This document shows positions 26,404-39,649 of a stretch of 64,000 nucleotides of DNA, in pieces (within the stretch, counting starts at the first letter, position 1; the number at the start of each line of letters is the position of its first letter). Position numbers and translations under genes: made by a program. Source of the DNA: Cirrosporium novae-zelandiae (lineage: Eukaryota); NCBI GenBank assembly GCA_026023565.1, contig JAPETS010000006.1, positions 806,001-870,000 on the forward strand, read 5' to 3'. The notes under the pieces were generated by a model. That model made no database searches, was not told the origin of the DNA, and worked only from the letters and a program-made list of their open reading frames with translations.

Positions 26404-27542
26404 CGGCCGATCAATCACCTTGACATATACATATACAAAAAAATTTATATTGCGCCAATCCCTATCAAAGCGTAACTCGCATTCTTGTGTTTTTTTTTAA
26501 CTCCGTGACGGCTTTTTTTATGAGCAAGCTGGCTGGCGTTTCAAACGGTCCATGAGACCCGTGGGGTGGGGTTGTGTGTAGGCTTTGTGACGGATTAGGG
26601 AGGGGAGGGGAGTCATTAGGAATTGATTGATTATGGTTTCGGGACATTCTGGCATTATACAGACGTAGCGATTCCATGAGGCATATCTATATAACATACA
26701 TTACATGCATACACATGAGTGGATAAAGTTGATATTCTGGCTTGGATTAGGGGGGGTCTGGTTGTTTCAAGTAGTCAATATTTTTTTATTTTATTACTTC
26801 CATCATGGTAGGATAAGATGGATGGATTGGGTGGGTGATAGAAATATAGTATATTATATTTTTTGGATTTGTATCAGTGTGGATGTGTATATGTATAGCT
26901 GTTGGGTTGAAGCTAGATTTGAAATAAGTACGGTAGCTTTCTTAGGGAGATTTGGGGGAGGAGGGGAGGAAGGGGGGTTTCAGATTAAATCTTCATTTTT
27001 CATTTTTAGATTCATATATATATATATATATATCATATAATATAGGGTTGGGGGATTCCATATAAGCTATCTATATACTAGCTAATCTCAAATATAAACA
27101 TTATCAATCCAAATGTTTTCATGTCTTCTTCTACCCCCATTAACAAAAATCCATAAATCTTCAAAAAAAACCTCCATTCTCTCTCCCACTCTTTTTTTAT
27201 GCTTTCAAAGCATAATAATGATATGATATGTATATATATTCGTGGGGGTGGGTGTTTCGGCATAAAAACAAGAGAGATTCGCTCATAAACATAAAAACAT
27301 AAAACATGAACATAAAAACATAAACATGAAGGACGCCGTTAGAAATGCCATAATACATTAAACCATTTGAGTGATCGCCAATGCGTGATATCATGCGTGC
27401 CGTGCAAATAGGAGGAAAGAAAAAAACAGAAAGAAATGCTGAATCAAACCATAACCCAAACAAATTAGACCAACTATTTAACCTTTTGTAATAAATGGTG
27501 TTGTCGGGTTTGATGCTATTAAATATATCCAATTGTTTCAAA

Positions 27543-29155
27543 TCAAATCAGCATAGAGCTTAGAGCCATGCTGGCGATGATAGCACTAGCTGTCCAGAGC
27601 ATGTTCCTGGGGAGAGAAGTCATGGCACCGGATGCGGTGACGGCTTCGGCTTGTGCGCTCGAGGTCGAGGAACCGAGGGATGAGCCTGAGGTTCCCGATG
27701 CAAGGCTCGTGATTAGGGTTGAGCCGGTGATTGAGGGGGTTGAGGTTTTGGATTTGGTGATGGTGGTTGTGAGGCCTTGAGAGTTGGTGGTGGTTAGGAC
27801 TTCAGGACCAGACGAGGCAGAAGCCGAGCGTGAAGCTGGCGAGGATTGTGTAAATGATGCGGAGGCTTGGGATGACTATGTGAAAGAAATGTTAGTTATG
27901 TGACTTGAGTGGAAGTGGTGGTTTATTGATAAAAAAGACAATAAAAAAAGGGGGAGGATGGGATGTCTCACGTACACCTCCAGCATTCGGAACCACCTTG
28001 CCGGAGCTAGTGACATGCCAACCGCTTGGAAGATTTGTGATCGTAACGGAAGGATTAACACTGGTCGTCAAGGTGGTACTGCCGGCAACCCATGGGTAAA
28101 CTGTTGGGGTCAAGTATATCGATGTCTGCTTGTGCGTGCCTTCGAATGGTGCGGGAACGCTGTTCGTGGATGTAGCTGTAGAGTAGTCGGATGCGACGGA
28201 GACGGTTGCGACGCTGCTGCTGTCTTCGTTGGAGCCGATGGAACCGCCTTTGGATTCGATCGAGGTCCAGTCGCCGCTTTGGTCGCCGTAGGAGTATGAA
28301 GTTCCGGTTGAGTAGTCCGTCACGGAGACGGATTTCACGTACATGGAGTAAGGTCCCGAGGAGTAGTCGGTTTCGCCACCAGCCCAGGCTAGAAAAGGGG
28401 TCAGTTATGAGGTTTCAGTAGGTGTGAAAGGAAATGGAGACTTACAGATTGTGCCTTCGGTGTTGGAGGAATCACCACCGCTCCACGCTCCGAACTTGAC
28501 TACCATCGGTGTCTGGGGATACTGATCCGTATCAGCGGTCGCGGGCGTCAATGTCCTGACAGCAGTTCCATCGATAGACCAAACAATTTTCTTTGCTGTC
28601 CAATCAATAGTATAAGTGTGGAAATCATCCTGAGTTCCGGAAAAGCTGACGGTCGTGCCGCGATCATAGGTAGATGTGTCTCCCTTGCCGAAATAATTTG
28701 TTTGTACCTCGCCGTTATAGGCTCCCAACCACTCCCAGTCGATTTCGTCGAGATCATCGGACTGGAGAACACAACTACTCACGATTCCGGTTCCTGGTGC
28801 GGCTTTGACGGTAAATTCGACCTTGCCGAACATTATGTACCAATTCGAAGTCAGTAATGGGGAATCGCCGGATTTGGAAATCGTGAAGACGGCGCCATTG
28901 CTACCGTATGTAGGAGATCCTGAAGCTGTGAATTGTGAAGATTCTCCGCTTGTGAAATCGACTGCAATTGATTTGCCTAACGCAGTATCGGCCGGACAAG
29001 CTATGGACCATGTCAGCACCGTTGACAGCATGTATAGCGGAACGCAGATGACACTTACATTCACTGAGGGGATCACAGTCTGTGTACGTCTGTGCAGCAG
29101 TGAGCGTTGCAAACGCAGCGAGAGCAGCCGCTTGTAGAAGTGAGCGAGCTCCCAT
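27543..29155 (-). CDS. GH16 Crh1-like GPI-anchored cell-wall chitin transglycosylase
   Basis: Signal peptide then QTYTDCDPL. Catalytic DLDEIDWEW, YPQTPM, WAGGETDY. Ser/Thr-rich stalk and hydrophobic C-terminus (LWTASAIIASMALSSMLI). Three GT-AG introns. Confidence 0.95.
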
Positions 29156-30661
29156 GATGTCGTAGAAATATGTATAGGAAGCTTAAGCTGCTTCGAGATG
29201 AGAGGAGCCCTTTTGGTGAGTACGACTGAACACGGTGGGGTGTTGGACCAAAGAAATATTTGTACAGCAACAATGTTCAGAAGACTCGAGCGAATAAATG
29301 GATATGTACGTATGGATGAAGAGTGAAACAAAGGGACAGTTGAGAAATGATTCCCTTAAATCTGAAGGACGTCTACAAAAATCAAAAAACCTTAAGGACC
29401 AGCCTCACAATTAAAAAGCCGACTAGAATCTTCGCATGATTATTTCTTTCTCATGAATACACCGTACCATGTCTCGGATTAGATGTTGGTTTGTTGAAAA
29501 CTGGGGAGGTTGGCGTTGTTGGCATAGGTGATGCCAAGATTAGGCGACTCACTATCACTACCCAGCCACTCAAAAATGACGCTATGCCTCTTTTAGGTAG
29601 ACAGAGGATACCCAGCCACAACTTTCCGCCCAATGATCACCAATTAAAGCTGGAGCTTTATATCCATTTAGATTCTGTGGAGCCATGTCATCAGTTTGAT
29701 ACCTGTCTTGTGTGAGAAAATTGGGCAAAGGATTTGGTACTTGAATACACCGCTTTGTCTTTCGGAAACCCCTTAAGCCAACCGCTCAAACCTCAAGCCT
29801 TGATTATTGATGAGAGCTCTTCATTAGAGGGAACAGGTAGATACCTAGTATATACTCGTATGAATTAAAAAGTCGTATTCTTGGCATACACGGAATTTCG
29901 GGGTACCGAGAATACCGATGAAGTTTTCTCGCGAGTCTGGCCACATATAGAGTCAGAGATCATATGACCTAGGTCACATGTATTAATGCCTAAGAATGCC
30001 TAAGGGTTCTATAATTATATAATAAATATCTTAGTAATACCATCAATGACTAATGAATGCCAAGAGTGCCAAGGTATATATTCTGATGTATTCACGTGTA
30101 CTGATATTAGGTATTAGGCCATCGTTCGGTTTTATGCATATCAAAGAACAGACTAACCGAGAATGGAATAGACTGTCGAAAAGTAAACAAGCTAAGCCTG
30201 ATCAAGCAAATGGGTCTTTCTTCCTAAACCCAAGGAGGATGATCGATTTACAATCCTCGTCGCATAAAAATATATACAAAAACAGAGCTTTGTATCCCCT
30301 TTAACAAAATGCGAAATGGTGAAATGATACTCTGTAATAATGTTATCTCTTCCACAGAATGGCCAGTGGTGAATGATACTTGACAATGTCATCATTGCCT
30401 CGGTCCCAGAACCCAGCCGAAGCCCCTCCTCCCCTCCCCCTCCTAAATAGAGCGGCAGCCAGCCAAGGGAGAAGCATTACCTCTGGCTTTCATGTGCAAC
30501 GTCAAATGTACTCTTTATCTGCCCAGTTTGTGTCGTACTCTGTACTCCATCTCATGTCTAGGTCAATAGTAGATTCCTTTAAAACCTCCCCACCACACAC
30601 ACGTAACATCCATTGTCGAAAGCTGAACCATCACACAACCTATAATCATCTTCGGGTGAAA

Positions 30662-32323
30662 ATGCTTGAATTGATATTGAACTCCGGTATTCTTGCCCAT
30701 CTGGTGTTTTGGGCTATTGTCCTCTTCCTTGTCGTATCTATTGTGAGGAATATGAGATATGAACAAAAATTGAAAGCACTGGGAGGGGCTTGTGCACCTC
30801 GGGTTCCTACTTATTTGCCCTTCTGTTCGACCTCCAAAAAAGCCTTTCATAATAAGATATTCTAACACATGTAGCTGCCGACTTCTTCTTCTCTGGAGCT
30901 ATCCATTCAATACGCAACCAGAACAGAGAGCTGTTCGAACGCCAATTCAAACATGCCAATCCGCACAATCCATATATAGTCGAAGTCAAAACTGGTTCAT
31001 CGTCGCGATGGATCTTCACAATGGATCCGAGGATGATCAAGGTCATTCTAGCCTCACAATTTAATGACTTTGGCAAAGGTGACCTCTTTCGCAAAGAATG
31101 GCAAGAGTTCTTGGGTAATAGCATTTTCACTGCCGATGGAGAATACTGGCAACAGTCGCGTTCCATGATACGACCTATGTTTCTCAAAGAACGAATTGGG
31201 GATTTGGAGATATTTGAGCGGCATATTCAGTCTTTCCTAACAAAAATTCCCGGAGAAAGGCAAGAGATTGAAATAACTGATCTATTCTTTCGATTTACTC
31301 TCGATGTTACTACCGACTTCCTGCTTGGGGGGTGCGTGGATAGTCTAGCCAACCCAAGGGCAGATTTCGCAACGGCATTTGCAGATGTTCAACGTATGCA
31401 GAATATTATTGTCAGAACAGGGTAAGCCTTTGAACGCCCAATGTTATTAGGAAGCTTATCAAACATACATCAGAGCGATCTCATGGCTCATCCCTCGTGA
31501 CAAATTTCGACGGGGTCTTAAAGTCATCAATACTTTCGTTAATACCTTTATCGATCGCACCCTCCGACTCTCCCCAGAGGAACTCGATAAGGTAGCGAAA
31601 TCTGATAGCAATTACACCTTCCTTCATGCTCTTGCACGCTTTACCCGTGATCCCAAAATCCTTCGCGATCAGATTGTTGCGACTCTCCTAGCTTCGCGAG
31701 ATACCACCGCCTGTACTCTAGCCTGGGCAATCTGGGAGCTATCTGCTGCTCCGGACATTGTTGAAAGTCTACGTGCTGAAATTCTTGATGTAGTCGGCCC
31801 TTTCAAAGCTCCAAACTATGCGGATCTCAAGTCAATGAAATATCTTCAAGCCATATTAAATGAGACTCTTCGACTCTACCCCGCCGTTCCGTTCAACTAC
31901 CGTTATGCCATTCGTGACTGTACAATTCCATTCGGCGGTGGACTCGACGGCTCGCAACCGCTCTCCATCGCCAAGGATGACATGGTCGTATACTCCACCC
32001 TCGTCATGCAGACGAATCCTGACTTCTTCCCTCCACCTTCTAAAGAATTTCCCCCTGTTGAGAAATTCGCACCTACACGATGGTTGCATTGGACCCCTAA
32101 ACCATGGACATATGTGCCATTTAACGGTGGCCCAAGGGTTTGCGTTGGACAGCAGTTTGCTCTGACGGAGATGGGATATACACTCGTGAGAATGTTCCAG
32201 AAATTTGATAAGGTGGCGAGAAAAAGGCCAAGTCGAGAGCAGTTCCTCAAGGCAGATATTGTGGGCCAACCTGGGGCGGGTGTGCATGTAGAGTTCCGAA
32301 GGGCAAAGGGTGAGGATATGTGA
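30662..32323 (+). CDS. Cytochrome P450, CYP52 clan
   Basis: N-terminal TM anchor, FLGNSIFTADGEYW, FFRFTLD, I-helix LLASRDTTA, ETLR, heme motif PFNGGPRVCVGQQFA. Introns ~30826-30874 and ~31422-31473. Confidence 0.95.
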
Positions 32324-32444
32324 GTCCGAAGGACTGATGCCTCTAGGCGTTTTTCTCGTTGTTTTACTGAGTACTTTATCTTCCTGTGACGAATAATGAT
32401 GAGGCAACGCCTTCTTTCAAGCACAAGAACCTTACGTATAAAAA

Positions 32445-32976
32445 GCGGAAAATTACTCGGGTACCACTGTCTGAGATATGTCATTGCTCGTATACCATCC
32501 CCCCACTGCCCGTGTCTCGGGCACCATTTTAACTGCAGTGGTCGCTTGCTTCCCCAACACCTTTGAATAAAGCCTTAACCAAGTATTATATATTCACCCC
32601 CCAAAGCTATCAATATTTACCCTAGAAACCCTCAACATTCGCTAAATTACAAGTATACTTTAGGCTTCTAAGCCACACGATTTACCATAGATTCCTTAAA
32701 CTGGCACCTTAGACTGGACCTAAGTCATCAATACCCACACTAGTTACTCGAGTATACGCCTAGATAAAAACTTCACTGAGCCTATGTTTTAGGCGTCATA
32801 ATACTTGTTAATAGTTCTTTTAGATGTTCAATTTATTCTAAATAATTTTCATTTTATAAGCGGCGATAATCTAAATATCGAGTTTACGGGATAAGGAAGC
32901 CCCGAGACACGGGTAGTGGAGGGGTGGTATACGAGCAATGACATATCTCAGACAGTGGTACCCGAATAATTTTCCG
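32445..32976. mobile_element. Non-autonomous DNA transposon (MITE), probably Mutator-like
   Basis: 76-bp TIRs at 32446-32521 and 32901-32976 with 4 transition mismatches. Flanking direct repeat GTATAAAAA at 32436-32444 and 32977-32985. AT-rich non-coding interior. Confidence 0.85.
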
Positions 32977-35900
32977 GTATAAAAAAGTTCTAATGGTGGT
33001 CTACTGCTCGTATTTTTAGTCTTCTCCATATTCCTTTGCTCGAGTAGCCATGTCTCAAACTCCTTTCCACTTAACCAGCCACACACCCTCCTACTTATCT
33101 GTTTGCATTCACTCATTCGTATGAAAGGGACTCTCTCGCTCTCACAGCCCCATAATCCTATCCCTTTATACCATCGGCCCTTTGGACGTGGGACGAAATA
33201 ATTATATAAAGTTACATCGTTCAAATTATACTCTCGGTCGAGCATTAATAGCATTAAATAGGCTCTCACGGCTCTCACGGCTCTCCGATCTCTTCAGTTT
33301 TTTCGTCATCGTCATAAATATTCTCCGATACTCCAGAAATATACACAAACTAGTGAACTTGAACCAATACTGAGTTGTGGAAGTTGATGGTTCCCTCAGT
33401 TTCTGTAACTGAGGGGAGTCCATGTACGTGTGTGGGAGCATGACAATCGCCTAGAGATGTTCGAACCGAGTTTTGTGTCTAAGTTGGGAGTGAATTTCGA
33501 ATATCTGATTATAGCCAGTTTTTGAGCTTCGGGGTTGTTTGGTAGAAGGAAAGAATGGTAATTTTATGAGAGAAGGGAATGAGTACCTTCTAGCAAAGCT
33601 CGAAGCACTACTTTGTCTCTCGCCTACGAGTCATTATCCAAAGGATCCCCGAAAGAAGGCGGTATCACATCGTTCACGAAATATAAGGTGTTCAAGTGTC
33701 GAAATGAGCAAACACGGAAGGGCTAACCCGTAGGCTAGAACAATATAAAAAGACTGAAGAAGAATCCTATCTTTCCTTTAATTTCTATCGTCTTGGTTTA
33801 TATAGTGGATTAATTGCAAGGACGATTATAAAATATTGGAACAAAAGCAGGTTGCATTGAGAGATAAGTGGCAAGAGAAAGATCGTTGGCTTGCATCTCA
33901 AGCTAGGCAGCAAAGTGATGCCCCAGCAATCTCAACTTGGGGATAACCAGGAGTCCCATGCGGCTTCTTCTCCAAGCAAATATGCGCTTCCTAGTGAGCA
34001 TATTGGTTTTAATCCATCAATAACCTACTAATAGATCGTAGTTCGCCCAAAACCTCTTTCTTCGCTACAATCTCTTCATGAGATATCGGAGCTTCCTCGT
34101 GAGCTACCAAAGTTACCCATAGAGGCTGTGCCTGTCTACCCTGCTTCATCCGTCGCCTCATCTTCTGAAGCCAGAACATGCCAAACTAATGGACTGGAGA
34201 GGACGAAGAAGCAAGCAGTCATAACTCGCGATAATGAAAAAAGTGGTTCTGGTGAGATCATAGTTCCGTGGCATACTGCGAAGGGTCTTGTCAATAGTCG
34301 ATTGGAAAACGAATCTTCTTCCACTAGCAACTCTATGCCAGCTGCACCAAGGGCTTCTCGGATTGACACAACGAAGTTGCCTCTTTACAGTCATTTAACT
34401 CTCCCAGTGAAGGATGAGCTGATTCGTTTGCTCCACGTAAGTCAATGACTATTAGTTGTATAACCTTTTATTTTCATAAGTCGGAATAATCCAATATCGA
34501 ATTGGCTCTGTGTGAAGAAATTGTGTTAATTGCATGAAAGAACGCTTTCTTTCATAGCCTAATCCGCAATTGATTCCAGAAAGCTTTCCCCATCTCCTAT
34601 TGCTCGTTTTTAGGGGCTGTACTCGACGAGGCTGGTTTGACGGGAACACTCGTTCCCTCCAAAGAAAACGAAGGAGTATGTCAACTGCTGACACCATATA
34701 CCCATTAGGCCGAAAAGGAAGCATTGCTGCAACACTGGTATCTGCGACACCAACGCAGAGATAGAGAAATAGCGCAGCTTGAAGTCAGCACCAGACCGTT
34801 CCATTCCCCCGTCTTATCTCATAACTGACAAGATTATGCAGGCAGAAGTCGCAGCATTGCGAGACGAAGTCGGCATGGACACATTTGGTATAGAGGATAT
34901 GAGTTTGGAGCCGACTGGTAGCATGGACAACGATAACAAGGGCACAGCTGAAGCCGGCAATTTAGACGAATGGTATCAAAAATGATGTTCGATCGGGGAC
35001 AGTAAGTGATTCGGGAATGGTGTTGAGGAAGATCTTTCCCCAGAAAAGGAGAAGGCAGCTTTCTCAGATGAGAGATGAAGTAGACTTGGCTTCTTCTGGA
35101 TTACTTGTTTGCGACTAAAATAGTAAAAAAGATTGATAGCGGAGAGAAAAGAACAGGGGAGGATACAGACGTGAGTCCCTGAATGTTCGATCCATCATCA
35201 TTATCAACATTCAAGCATCATCATCCTTCCAAGCACGGACATTATCTCAAACTAAGTGCTTACGAAATTCCCCCCGTCCAGTACATGGATCTAGTACCTT
35301 GGTTAGTGAATTGAACCAGCCAGCCACCCATAACCCACCCATAACCCACCCATGACATCTATCCATCCATGATCCTTCCCATGATCCTCCCCTTTTATGC
35401 CTCTTTCCCTGCTCGTTCTCCATGATCCGCGACGCCCCAGAAGGACCAAGATCGCAATATGTCCCTAGTTTATGGATCTCATGGCACTTCACTTTCAGCC
35501 CTTTATCATTCTCCGTCCTTGTCCCATTGCCTTCCTCATCCAACATCCTTAACGCCCATTCCCCCCCCCCCGAATTCTATGCAAGGAACCACGGCACCTT
35601 AAAGGAAAGGGACGCCCAAACGGGGGCCCACCCATCCATCCTATCTAACTGACCTCATTCGTAAGGCGTAATAATTGTACAGTGGGTGGGTGTATGTCAC
35701 ACTGTACACATAGATCAACGTAGGGATCCTGCTAAATATATACATGTACATGTAGACATGTATATAATCAGTATTGTAACAACAAAAACTCCCCAAACCA
35801 AACACAAACAAAACAAACACCAGACACTCAAATTCACATTTCCACTCTCCAAAATATATTCATTCCTTCCATTCCTTCCATCTCCAACCCCCCATCTATT

Positions 35901-38900
35901 TCCCATACCATTGTCAGCCAAGTCGCGCGGCAGTTTTAATTAACTATCCTAATTGCTTACTGTACGTGCTTTTACTCCTCACTTAATCCCATGAACCTCG
36001 TCCACACGCACGCACGTAGGAAGTAAAGAAGCAGAAAGTAGAAAGAAAGGCTACGTTAACGTAACTTCCTCACGCCCGACTCAACCAGCCAACCAACAAA
36101 AACACCAAAGCTCGCTTTCCTGATTTGGAAAGGTGTTTTGGAATGATTTGGGTAATTTGGGTAATCTTACCTAGGTACGTAGGTATCTAACCACCATCAC
36201 CGCCATACTGTAATTTCCATAATTAACCGTCTGCCTAGGTACAGTACCTAAGTATGTAACTAATGAATTAAAGTTTTTTTCCCTTCTCGTCTTGTTCTTC
36301 TTCTTTTTTCTTGGGTTGGGGAGAGTAGTTTTCTTTTTGACGCACCTTTCTTTTATTGGCTGAAATAACGAAAAGGCAGGTTTAGCTTGGGTTTTTCGTT
36401 TTTAAACTTTTGCTTTTTTTTTCAATGATAATAGGAGGTTGACATTGATATCGAACATGACTCGAGTAGATTGGGGGTAATTGAATCCTGCTCTACATTA
36501 TACGTACCAAGTACACTTCGATCGCAAAATCCAGGAAATCGCCCCCATTACTACAACTAGACGCATGAAAGAAAAATCCCCGTGCACTCCACGCTACACC
36601 CTATCAACTGACCGACTGACTGACTGACCTATTTTACTTGATCTATTTAATTAATTGAGTTGATTAATTTAAGGAAGGTGGAAGGGGGTTTCTCGGTGGA
36701 ATGGCATTATGATGTGATGGGATGTAGTAGGAATTGAGATGAGATGAGATGAGATGGTAATTAATTATGATTGTATGTATGAGTATGGGGGAGGTGGGAT
36801 AGTACAGTACTGTACTGTACACATACTCAACTATGATATAATTAATAGCATCGTGAGTACCTCGGTACCTTGGCATGATTGATGAATTAGTTACGTTACA
36901 TTACAGGAGAGACAAAGTAACAGACACCAACCAACCGCCAAAAAAAAGCAAAAACAGAACTATACGTAATAAAATACCTAAATTACAAAAACCCGAAAAA
37001 ACTAATTCCCATCATCATTATCTATTATTTCCGCATTCACAAACCCATCCAATTCCTATCATCATCATCACCATTATTATTGCCGCATCAAACGATCGCA
37101 ATCCCAATCCTTCCAACGTCTCTTTCCCACTCCCACTCCCAACGGACGGGTATAACCAAAACTCAAAAAACTAGAAACCCAAATTCCCAACCAACCAACA
37201 CAACCCAGCTCCTGCAGCTCAGCCCCCAAAATTTCTCAACTGCCGCGTTCCTTTTTCACATACCTAGGTACACAGCAACTGCTATATACGGTAAGTGGTG
37301 TCTATGTATATACACAGTATGCTTTTCTATAGTACTCGAGTGACATACTTTTCCCACAACACAAGGAACAGAAAAAAAAATACGTTTTTGCTTGCTTCTT
37401 GGATTTTATATACTGTACTGTAATTTATTTGTTTGCATTATTTGATCGTTCGGTTTGGTTCGTTGGACTTGGGACTTAATTACACCCGTCATACCTACCT
37501 ACCTCCTACCTCTACCTACCTCCCAGCTCACAACTTCCAAAATCAAACCCCCCAGCCCAGAAAAGAGAATTTCCAACACACACACATATACGTACACTAA
37601 GTACATGCATTTCCCCTGTAATCTTTACGTCCCTAGGTACCTAGGTAACTGTCAACCTGCCGAGATGGCCCACTTTCCACACTTTCCACACATTTCAAAC
37701 TTTCAAATTTACTTTATTTTTTACCTTAGGCTTACGCTTTTTTACACGCTTACCACACGCTACAGTACCATGCACTAACCCCCCTTCCCAAAAAACCAAA
37801 TAATCGGACCGGATCGATACATCCCCCCCATTATTCCCATTCCCCCCCGTCCCCCCCTTCCCTGCCCTTCACAAAAGCACAACCAAAGTGCAAAGCACAA
37901 AGACAGCTTCGGGAAGGTGGGTAGCCCACATCCCGACCCTTATTAATCCTTTTCCCTTTCTTTCCTTTTTTTCTTAGCTAATTAACAGCTAAAGTTTTCG
38001 GGATGTGGGGGTGGGGGAGATCTATGAGATTTGATATTTGAGATGCCAGATTTGAGATCTTAGATACTTGGATTGGATTTGTTGTTGGTTGGTTGGTTAG
38101 ATTGGTAGATTTGTTAGATCTGTGGGATAATTTTTTTTGGGTAGGAGGTAGGGAGGTGGAGTGTGGAGGTGCCAGAGGGAAATGGAGGGAAGTGGAGGGG
38201 ATGGATGTATATAAGTACGTAAGTAAGTAAATACATACTCAAGTAGACATAGATGGACCTCCTCCCCCTCCCCCGAAGGAAGTACATACAATACCTACAA
38301 CAAGTACAATAATTACCCAAACCCACAACAACACCCAATCCAATCCAACCAAGAATCTAACCCAAGAACCCCAAACATAGCCCAAAAAACAAAACCTCGG
38401 TCCATTCCCTCATTCCCTGCTTTCTTATTTTCTTTTTTTTTTTTGGATCAAGCGAACCCATATATAATTAGAAAAAAAAAAAGAGAAAGAGAAAGTGAAA
38501 AGTAAGGAATAGAAAGGAAAAAGAGTGAGTGAGTGGGCTTGGGCTTGGGCTTGGGCTTGGGAGGATGGGGAGCTGAGAATTTTTTCCATTCGATTTTTTC
38601 CATTTGAAATTTAAGTTTTCTGGTTACTTAGAGTTTTGGATTTGAGTTTGGGTGGGTTTTTTCCGCGGGATGGGGGGGGGGGCATGGGTACGTATTGGTT
38701 GTGGGGATGGATGGGATGAAGCAGGTACGCAAGGTACCCGGGTTTACTTATGGCTAGGAGAAAAGAAAAAAGAGGAGGATTCTTTTTTAGTGAATTAAGG
38801 GTAATCAATTGAATTGAATTGAATTGATGGGGGGGTTGTTGGAGGTGCTGTTGGTGGTGCTGGTGCTAGTGCTGGGGGGGAATAATAGTCAGTGGTAGTA

Positions 38901-39649
38901 AGTAAAGTGGTCAAGTAGTAAAGTAGTGGCCTTCTGTCCGAGTTTGTTCGTTCGTTTTTCCTCATCCTCCAGGAGGAACAGGAGGTCTGTGTGTGTGTAT
39001 GTGTGTGTCTAAGTAAGGGGTTCTAGGGTGGTGATTATGTATTCATTTTTTTGTGCTTTGTGTTCACTTGCTTGCTGGATGTTGGAAGTTGGGTGCTGGA
39101 TGTTGGAAGTTGGGAGTTGGATGTTGGATGTGGAAGTGAGTGGTTGATGATGATGATGGTGAGAAAATAGAAATTAAATATTATATCGAGTTAATAATGT
39201 GATTATCTATTCGTTTTTTTTTTCTGTGCTCGCTCGCTGGGAAGTGGATTGTAGTGGTTAATGATGATAAGGAGGGGAGGGATAGTTTTGTGTGATGAAG
39301 TTGGTGATCTGTGTCTGTCTGTATGAGACTTGTTTTAATTGCGCACTCCAGAGTGTCTCGAAACTTTTTTTTTCGTTCATCAAATAAAACGAAAAAAAAA
39401 AATCTTTTGGAGGGGATATATAAAGGTGATAAAAAAAAAAGAGAAAAAAAAGAGAGTGAGCGAGTGAATAATGAATCGTGGATCATAGTCCCGTTGTAGT
39501 GCATTTGTTGCATGTAATAATCAACCATCCCCCCCAACACCGAAAAATCCATCCATTAGGGTATAATTGTTTATATACCTTTACCATTTCCCTTTCTATC
39601 GAAGCAAGCAAGCAGAAGTTCATATTATCAAAAAAATGAAATGTGAAAA

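Noticed and set aside
34335..34600. LYSHLTLPVKDELIRLLH resembling a HET-domain protein start, followed by GTAAGT
   Set aside because: No downstream YxALSYxWG or WIDAxCI motif found; too weak to call.
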